64,000 bases of DNA from Hyaloraphidium curvatum SAG 235-1 (lineage: Eukaryota; Fungi; Monoblepharomycota): contig JAIVFI010000041.1 in assembly GCA_025558095.1 (NCBI GenBank), positions 372,001-436,000 on the forward strand. The letters run 5' to 3'. The notes under the pieces are model-generated. The model ran no database searches, was not told the origin of the DNA, and saw only the letters and a list, made by a program, of their open reading frames with translations. Below, piece by piece: positions 56,373 to 64,000 of this stretch. A program made the position numbers and the translations under genes. Position 1 is the first letter of the stretch; each line of letters opens with the position of its first letter.

Positions 56373-57415
56373 TCAGATCTTCGCCTTCTCGGCGCCCTTC
56401 CCCCTCTTCATAGCCCCCATGGGTATCGGCCTCGCGAGCGCGACCTGCCTCCCCACCGCCACCACCTCCCCGTTCTCTCCCCACGCCGCAACCTCGTACT
56501 CCGTCGTCGTTCCCCTCCGCAGCGTCATGTGCTGTCTGATCCGGAGCCACTCCCCCCGCGGTGGCGCGAAGAAGTGCACCGAGAACGAGATGGTGCTGTG
56601 AGGCGCCGCGTGGCCCGCGGGGACGTCGCTGCCCCCGACCATGAACCGGATCCCGTAGTTGAGCGAGCCCAGAAAGTCCGTCACGGCCGCGACGCCGGCG
56701 CAGTCCCACGGGCGGCCGTCGCGCGTGCGGATCCAGACCTCGCCGTCCTCGCCCAGCGACAACCTCCGCGGGTCGCCGGAAGGCAGGGATCGAGCGGCCA
56801 CGACGGCGGCGCCGAGGCGGTCCAGGTCCGCGTGCGAGATCACCAGCTCGTAGTTGTCGGCGAACGGCGGCGAGGGCTTGCTCCAGCCGGCGAGGTTGAA
56901 GAGCTCGCGGGCATCGCAGGCGTCTTGGCCCGGAGGAGGCACGGAAGGAAGCCGGGAATAGTAGGGAAGAGCTTCCGACGGGCCCGCATAGGGAAGTCGG
57001 CCGAAAGTGGCCTGAGTGGAGGCAAAGGGTGCCGATGATCCCGACTTGGGGTCGACCTGGGAGAGAATGCAGATCGCCGTTGCTGACAGGCCGTGACAAA
57101 GGAACGTCAGCGCTTGAAACTGGAATTGGGCAGCCCTTGAAACCCACCGAAGCTCTTGCCCGTCTTCAGGACGCGGACCTCGGCCTCGACCGTGCTGTCC
57201 GCCGGCGGCGCGCCGAAAAATTCGGTGCCCGCGCTGAACACGTCCGGGTGTGACTCTCCAAGCACGGTGGCGATGGCCTTCAGCGCGATGGCCGCCGTGA
57301 AGCCGCCGAACGGCGCGACGGCAGGGCCGCCCCACCCCGGCGACAGGCGCAGCGAGAAGCGGCCCTTTGAAACGGGCACGAGGGCCGTTGCGCGGTCGAA
57401 GGCGTAGGAAGCCAT
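56373..57415 (-). CDS. Double-hotdog thioesterase-like protein
   Basis: L.PGW..PFGGF, F..P......V.VLKTGKSF, TISFSVHF, W.ENGEVVAVGRQ. Confidence 0.78.
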
Positions 57416-57813
57416 GAATAGGGCAAAAGAGGGAAAAGAGCGGCGATTCCGAGAGCGGCGGCCAACCGGTGGATTTCGAGAGAGGGAGCCGGCGGGCCGA
57501 CTACTATGCCGCTGATGCAATTACTGCACTTCGCGCCCTACACGTCACGACCGACCCGCTAACGATGTGGCCTGCGAGTGAGGGAAGCTGAGGTCCTGAA
57601 AAGTGTGCGCCAACCGGCCCCGATCGTGTCCGTAATCGGGGCCGGCGCGCACCCGGCTCCTGAAGCCGGGGTCTCTAGCTCTACGTCTAAGTCCGAACGC
57701 AAGGTCTCCAAAGCCAGAGCGTCGCCCGCTCATAGGGTCCCCAAAGTCCCGCCGCCAAAATCCGAGGACGCCCCTCGGCTCACCCCACGCCACGCCGCCA
57801 GCCGCGGGGACCC

Positions 57814-60800
57814 CTACCCGATCCCCTCGGCATCGTCGTCATCGTCATCCGGATCCGAGTCATCCCCCCCTGCGAGGTGGTGCGGGAACGGCTGTGGATC
57901 CCCAGGCCAGGCCCCGGGCGGTGCGGGTCCGATGCCCCACCGCCGCGCGCCCGGGGTCAGCTGAAAGTACGGGATGGCCCCGCGGTTGAAGCAGTGGAAA
58001 ATGGCCCTGTAACCGGTGTTGCCGCCGCCGATCGTGTCCCGCTCGAAGAAGAAGCGCCGCATGTTGCCGGCGTGGCCGGCGGGCGGGTCGACAAGGTGCT
58101 CGTGGCCAGGGCCGGCGGGCCGATCGCACCTCTTGAGCCGGTGGGTCTTGTGGTTGTGGTCTGCGCGATCGACCTCGTGAGCGGGAATCGAGGCCGCGCA
58201 GAGAGGAAGCACCCACCGACGTCGCGATCCGGGCACTCCGAAGCCCACCGGTTCGAGGTCAGGCAGAAGTTGCGGTGCCGGTGGTGCCCCTTGACCCGCC
58301 GCCGCTCCCACCTGTCGCGAGACGGCCACGATGAGCTCACGACAAGAAAGAACGAGAGCGCAGCAAACTCACACGTGGTCCCGCGGGCACTTGGTCTTCG
58401 AAACCGTGGTCGCGCGCAGCCGGTGCCCGTGACCCCCGGTCCGGATGTTGTCCAGGAGGCAGGCGTTCGAGGTGCGCTGGTCCGGCACGAATCCCACCGT
58501 CGCGCCCTGGCACGCCATCCACCGCACGATACTCTGCGGCGACGGAGACGGTTAACGAGGGCGGTGTCGGCTCTCGTTCAAGTGCGACCCACGAATTGGC
58601 CTGTCTGGGCGACGGGCCCGTTCCACATCCACCGAGGGAGGTCAAAGACGTGCAGCGCGGCCCTGAACGGGCTGATCGGGCGCCGATACTCGGGATAGCG
58701 GGTGTCGGCGGGGCCCCGCTTTGTTGGGTCGAACTGCTGCGAGACCAGCCGGAACTTTTGCCGCCGCAGCTTTGGAACGGAGCGGAGGTGGAAGAGCTCG
58801 GGCTCGTCGAGCTCGCGGGGCTCGCCGATGTTGTCCCGGGCCGCGCGGTAAGTGTTGGGGTACTGCAGAGGGGCGGTAGTGAGAGACTGCGGAGGCAGCG
58901 AGGGAGCTGCTGGAACCCACCATCACTCCCCTCTTCCACAGCGCCGTGAGCTGCGCCGCGCGGCCCTTGTTGACCTTGAGCTCGTACACGAGCTGCATGT
59001 GGAGCTTCGAGTAGAAAAAGTCGCGGATGCTGGCAAGGCGCGGCGGTGAGCCGCGTTGGGGAGGGGCGGCGAAAGGCGGTCGAAACCCACGAGGCCTGCA
59101 CCCTGTACTTGATGGTCTGGTAGAAAAACATCTCCCGCGGGTCGGGCTGCTGGAGGAACTGGCGCTTGAGGCCCTTCAGCATCTCAATCGCCTCTGCGCG
59201 ATCGCGAAGATGGTCAGCGGGGCAAAGGAGCAGCAACGAGGTCGGAAAACCCACGGCTGACGGGAAGCTGGCCGGGGGGCGGGTCGTGCGCCGCCCGAGC
59301 GACCTTGTTCTCGAGGTGGTTGAATCGCGCCTGGCCTGTGAGGTGGCTGGGAAGGAGGAAGTCGAAGTCAGCTCCAGTGCCGAACCGAGAGCGTCGTCGG
59401 GATCCTCACTACATGAGACGGCCCGGGAGCGTGCGGATGTAAGAGTCTCGCTGCCGCTTGGCGTTCCTGACGGCGACGACGTTGGTTGGGTCGACGGGCG
59501 CGGGCTGCTGCCGGTAGAACAAGTCCATGTCGACCTCCTGGATCGAATTTTTCTCCCCTGGAAAGGTCCGTCAGAGCACTCTCGTCCCGTCCAACGGAGC
59601 ACACCCACCAAAGTCGTTGCCGAGGATCTTGCAGTCCAGGCCGAGCACCCACGTCGCCGCCGGCGTTCCAGGACAGCTGTAAAAGTTGATCATCTGCCCC
59701 TCGGTGGCCTGCGCCGGCGGCGTCGGCCACGGGTACAGCGGCTTGCGCCGCTTCTTGTAGAACTCGGCCATGGTGTACGCGAAGCGGCCTTCGAAGTGGG
59801 GCGTCAGCATGGCCTTCCTCGGCCCAATCAACGACCAGGCTCACGTCGGTAGTGAGGATCCGTCTTCTTGAGCACATTCTTGGTCCGCAGGAAGGCCATG
59901 ATCTGCGAGTGCTTGCTGTCGGTACTGAACCGCCAAAAGGTCACCGCAATTGGACGACCTGGTCGATGTGCGCGTGAGCAGACTTCGAGCTCGCCAGAAC
60001 CACCGCGGCGCTCACCTCCGCGGGCCTCGTTGCCCTTGTTGTAGGTCATGACCATCGGCTTGCGGATGCACTGCGCGAGAGTGAACTGCGGCTCGTCGCG
60101 CACCTCGATGCGCACGGCGCGGCTGCGTTTGGCGGAGAAGAGGAGGTCGAGAAGGCGGTTCTCCATCATCTTGTGCTGGGCGGCGTTGCCGGCGTTGAAG
60201 ATTTCCGAGTCGGAAAACTGCGTACGCGCCGCGTGGCGATCGACATAGCGGGGCACGAGCGGGGAGAGGAAGCCGACCGGCAAAATAGGGTTGTTGGCGT
60301 CGTCGTCCTGGAGGTCGGTGCGGTTCAGATGGACCAGGATCCGGGCAGCGATCTTGCCGTCAAATTTGACTTCGTCTGCTCGGCGCATTGAGCGGGAAGG
60401 AGCAGAACGACGGCGACGCTCAACACCTACACGGCTCCCGCTTGGCGGAAAGGTTGAGCAGACGAAGCGGCGCCTTGGGCTTGACCCATTGCGGGTGATT
60501 GGCCGACTCGTACTCGACGGGAACGATGTACGACATGAAGCTGGGCACGTCGTCGATCGTGAGCCGCCAAAACGCCGACGTGGGCAGAGGAGACCTACTT
60601 GACGAGCGTGCGAAGCTTCGACGCCGCCTCGGGGAACTTGCGGATCACGTAGCTCCAGTCGCCAGCCGTCCGCCAGTCCTCGAGCGTCTCCACGGTCGGC
60701 TCCACCGCCGAGTCCCACGGCGCGACGGTGGTGCCCTCCAAGACGAAGCTAAGGTAGTAGCGAAAACGGCTGCAAGGCAGCAAAGGGATCAGCGCCTTCA

Positions 60801-62273
60801 GTCGACCATGTGCGGCCAGCGGAGAGACCCACAGAAACCAGCCGGCGATGCGGCGGCGGACGTTGGGGAAACCGGGGCCGTCCGCATTGACGGTCACGCC
60901 GTCAAAGTAAAGCCTCCACATGGCGGGGCAGACGAAGACGAACTGCTTTCCCTTGACGGCCCTGGGCTTGTTCCCGAGGGTCAGCCGTTCGGCTGGCGAA
61001 ACGGGCAGGGATCGGTGAGCCGCCGCTGGAACGAGACGACGAGCGAGGCGTACCCATACGAATCCGCTGCGCCAGGGGAATGTGCGTGGTGTCGGCGCTG
61101 TCCTTGAGCAGCGCAAAAAAGCACCTATACATCCATGATTCAAAGTTGGCGGCGTAGTCGTTGCGGGCGTCTGCGGCGGCACAGTCAGGGCCAACAAGGC
61201 TCGCAACGGCTCCGCAGCAGCCCACCCTTGGCCATCTCCACCGACATGGGCCTGTAGACCTCCTTGGACGGAAGGAAGGGAAACTTCTGCTCCGCAACGG
61301 GCAACGGGTCCGTCCACTCCGGCCGCATCTGGCCGTCGGCGCCGGCCCTGCCCTCCATGAGCACCGTCGGCGCGGGGTCCGGGAATTGTTGGTTGGCCGG
61401 CCACGCTGAGGAGAAGTAGGGATAAGCGACGCGAGATACCGACGTTGAAGAGCCCACATGGATTGACACAAGCACCAGGGACCCAGATGCGCTGGTAGTA
61501 GCGCTCCAGAGGCCGGATCCACGGTGCTCGCCATCCGGGAGCAGAACGTCCGACGCCTGTCTCGACCGGGACCCCTGCGCATGTTGTCAGCAGTGAAGGA
61601 TCGCGGGCGAGGTCAGCACCCACTTGGCGCGCCTCGGTGGCACATCATGAGCGCCTCGAAAAACATCTCCCCGTGGTCGAGCACGCGGAAGGAGCTGCCG
61701 ACGTTGACGTGGTGCGGCGGCTTGAGCGGGTCGTCGACTGTGAAACATGCAATTAGGCAGAGGAACGACGACGGAACGCCGGAAAACCGACCGGTCGCGG
61801 CGAGGATGTTGTAGTCCGTGTTCCAATCCAACATGGCTGTCGGATCGTTCATCAAGACGTTGTACGCCCAGGTGTCGATGGGCGTCGCGGGGCGCTCGTC
61901 GGGCAGGCCTGTGAAGGCCGTCCAGTCTGTGCGGGGGGCGGAAAGGAGGAGAGATCAGCAACGTAGTACGACAAGAGCGGAGGGAGAACGAACCCCGAGG
62001 TACGTAGGCTTGGCCGTCCCACCGTAGAAGCCCAAACTCGGGCAGCGCGGCGAGCCGGTTCGTCTCGTACCGGAAGAAGGAATACAGCAGATCCATCGCC
62101 CGCATCCGGGCGTCCGAGGTGACATGGACGAGCATGCCGCACACGCCGGAGACGGCGCGCCGGTCTTGCCGCCGGGGGCCGAAGGTCTCGCGGTTGAGGT
62201 TGCTGGTAATGTCCCCCAGCGGGTGGCCCGCCGCGTAGCCCCAGGACCCGCGGTTCTTGTTTGGTGTCGACAT
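57814..62273 (-). CDS. Large multi-exon orphan gene (or genes) with His/Cys-rich C-terminus
   Basis: Chain of GC3-biased exons separated by GT-AG introns; no recognised domain; some junctions unresolved. Confidence 0.45.
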
Positions 62274-63085
62274 GTCAAAGCTGCCTAGAGGTCCGTGGCC
62301 AAGCCGCCCACGACCGACGTGGCAGGGGGCGGCGGAGCGAGGAGGTGTCGGCCGGGGCTGCGCCCCAGCAGTGATGCCGAGCTCGACGCCTGCGAATGAT
62401 GGGCCGCGTTAGCGTTGAGTACCGTGGAGGAAGAAGGGCGCTCTCGCGCCGGAGCCGGCGGACGACGCGCCGACCGACTGCGCGGGCGGAACGGTGAAAC
62501 CGCGCGTCCGAGCGCGTCGCGGGCGCGGAGTAACGGCGGCGACAGTGGTTCCGCCGCCGCAAGGCGCCCACGGCGCGTACTCACGGCCGATGTTCACGGC
62601 TAGAGATGGGGGGAGACGAACGGGGTGTTCGGATTCCGCGCGTAGACCAGCGGCTGGCGCGGGAAGCCTCGAAGTTGCCACCCGGAATCCCCCTTTACGG
62701 TCCTGAGCAGATAAAGAAACGGACATAAAAGAAAGCGAAGTTATCATCTTCCATCTGCACTTTTGTTTTCCGTTACTGCTTTGGTAACATCCTGCCTAGT
62801 TGCCGAAGGGAAGAGGAGTCCGAACTGCTTCCTCCGGGACGGCCACCACCGGGCTGAAGACATGGTACTTTGTTGATGGATCTACTCCGAAAGCTCTGGT
62901 TCCGTCGTCGCTGACCGTCCTCCGGGACCGTTTCGGCGAAATGGATTTAGGGGACCGCCCAAGGCCCAGGCCCCGCCCGGCCGACAGCCCCGCTGCCTTC
63001 CCACCTGACCGAAAGTGCCCCTCGCCGCCAGCGAGTGAGGTGTCATCGACGGGCGTGCCTGCGGGCAACGGAGCGACCTGCAGGC

Positions 63086-64000
63086 ATGGCGCCGTGGGAC
63101 CCCGGCGGCGGGGACGCGGTGGTTCGGGCGTCGCATGACGAGGACCACGAACCGGGTCCCGAACACGAGAACTGGTGCGTCGGACCTGTTTCTACCGGGA
63201 ACAGGCTCAAGCTCACTCTCCCTTTTGCAGCGGGCCGTGTTTCAAGGACAAAAAGCGCTGCTCGTTCTCGGCACCACCTCCTTCGGCCTGCGACCGTTGC
63301 AGAAGGGCCGGCCGCGCGTGCACCGAACGGGACAAATCCGTTTCGCGCCGGGCGCTGGAGAGGATCAAGAAGCAGAATCGCCACCGGACTGGACCGCCCG
63401 AGGGCCGCGTGGTCCGCAGGAAACCGAACTTCAAGCCCCTGCCACTGCCGCCGCTGCCGCCCCCGTCACCGCCACGGCAGTGGCCTCCCGTGGCTTCTTG
63501 CCCCCTCTCGCCTGTACGCACTAATGGCGTGTCGCCACCGGCAATCCTACCGGGCCGGCCGTCCCCCCCTTATGTCGGCCCATCGCCGTCTCGGGGCATC
63601 GGTTCGCCGGCTTCCACCTCTCTTCCCATGGAGCCAGGTGAGCACGCGCTGCCTCCGGATCTTGGTCTGCTACTCACATACTCCACAGACTACCTAGTGT
63701 TACCCTGCGTTGCCCACTTTTGGTCGGACTACCACAAGCTCTTCCCGGTCATCCACCGCGCCTCCTTCGAGGCCGCGTTTGCGCCAAACACCAATTCTGA
63801 ACTCTATGGACCGAACCCCCCTCTTTCCCTCCTCTTTGCCTTGGCGGCAACCGGTGCCCGGACGTTGGAACTTGGCCTTTCCGACATGGACAAGGCGAGG
63901 CTCGGCCGCGCCTACTGCGAGAGGTCGCGGGACTTGCTCCTGGCGGGCTACTTCGGCGCGGACCCGACTCGCAGGCCGATCGGCGATCTCGAAGCCCTGC
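63086..64000 (+). CDS. Zn(II)2Cys6 transcription factor (partial; paralogue of 46749 gene)
   Basis: Spliced ENC|GPCFKDKKRC..SACDRCRRAGRAC; FPVIHRASFEAAF..YGP.PP. Confidence 0.8.

Noticed and set aside
1-64000. Prokaryotic origin, CRISPR arrays, tRNA or rRNA genes
   Set aside because: Introns, LTR elements and Zn2Cys6 genes show a fungal genome; no repeat-spacer array or structural RNA seen

Overview
GC-rich eukaryotic DNA with short spliceosomal introns and Zn2Cys6 transcription factors, so fungal (probably an early-diverging zoosporic lineage; inference). It holds two LTR retrotransposons: a Ty3/Gypsy element running off the left edge, with a Tf1-like self-priming site and a -1 gag/pol junction, and an intact Ty1/Copia element (identical 262-bp LTRs, AAAGA TSD) inside an intron. 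About 30 host genes or gene remnants are present. Two lineage-expanded families stand out. (1) Four members of a 7-TM family with the architecture of gustatory-receptor-like/DUF3537 (7TMIC) channels, carrying a conserved HD..CPC..C loop and a Cys pair; one is split by the Gypsy element and one is frameshifted. (2) Three secreted Thr/Ser-rich genes built from phase-0 micro-exons. Several genes look bacterial (GuaD-type deaminase, PF06475-like protein, S66/MccF peptidase, SAM methyltransferase, CDF, secreted DUF2237). There is also a signal-peptide-bearing protein kinase. Family assignments come from motif recognition by eye; no searches were run.
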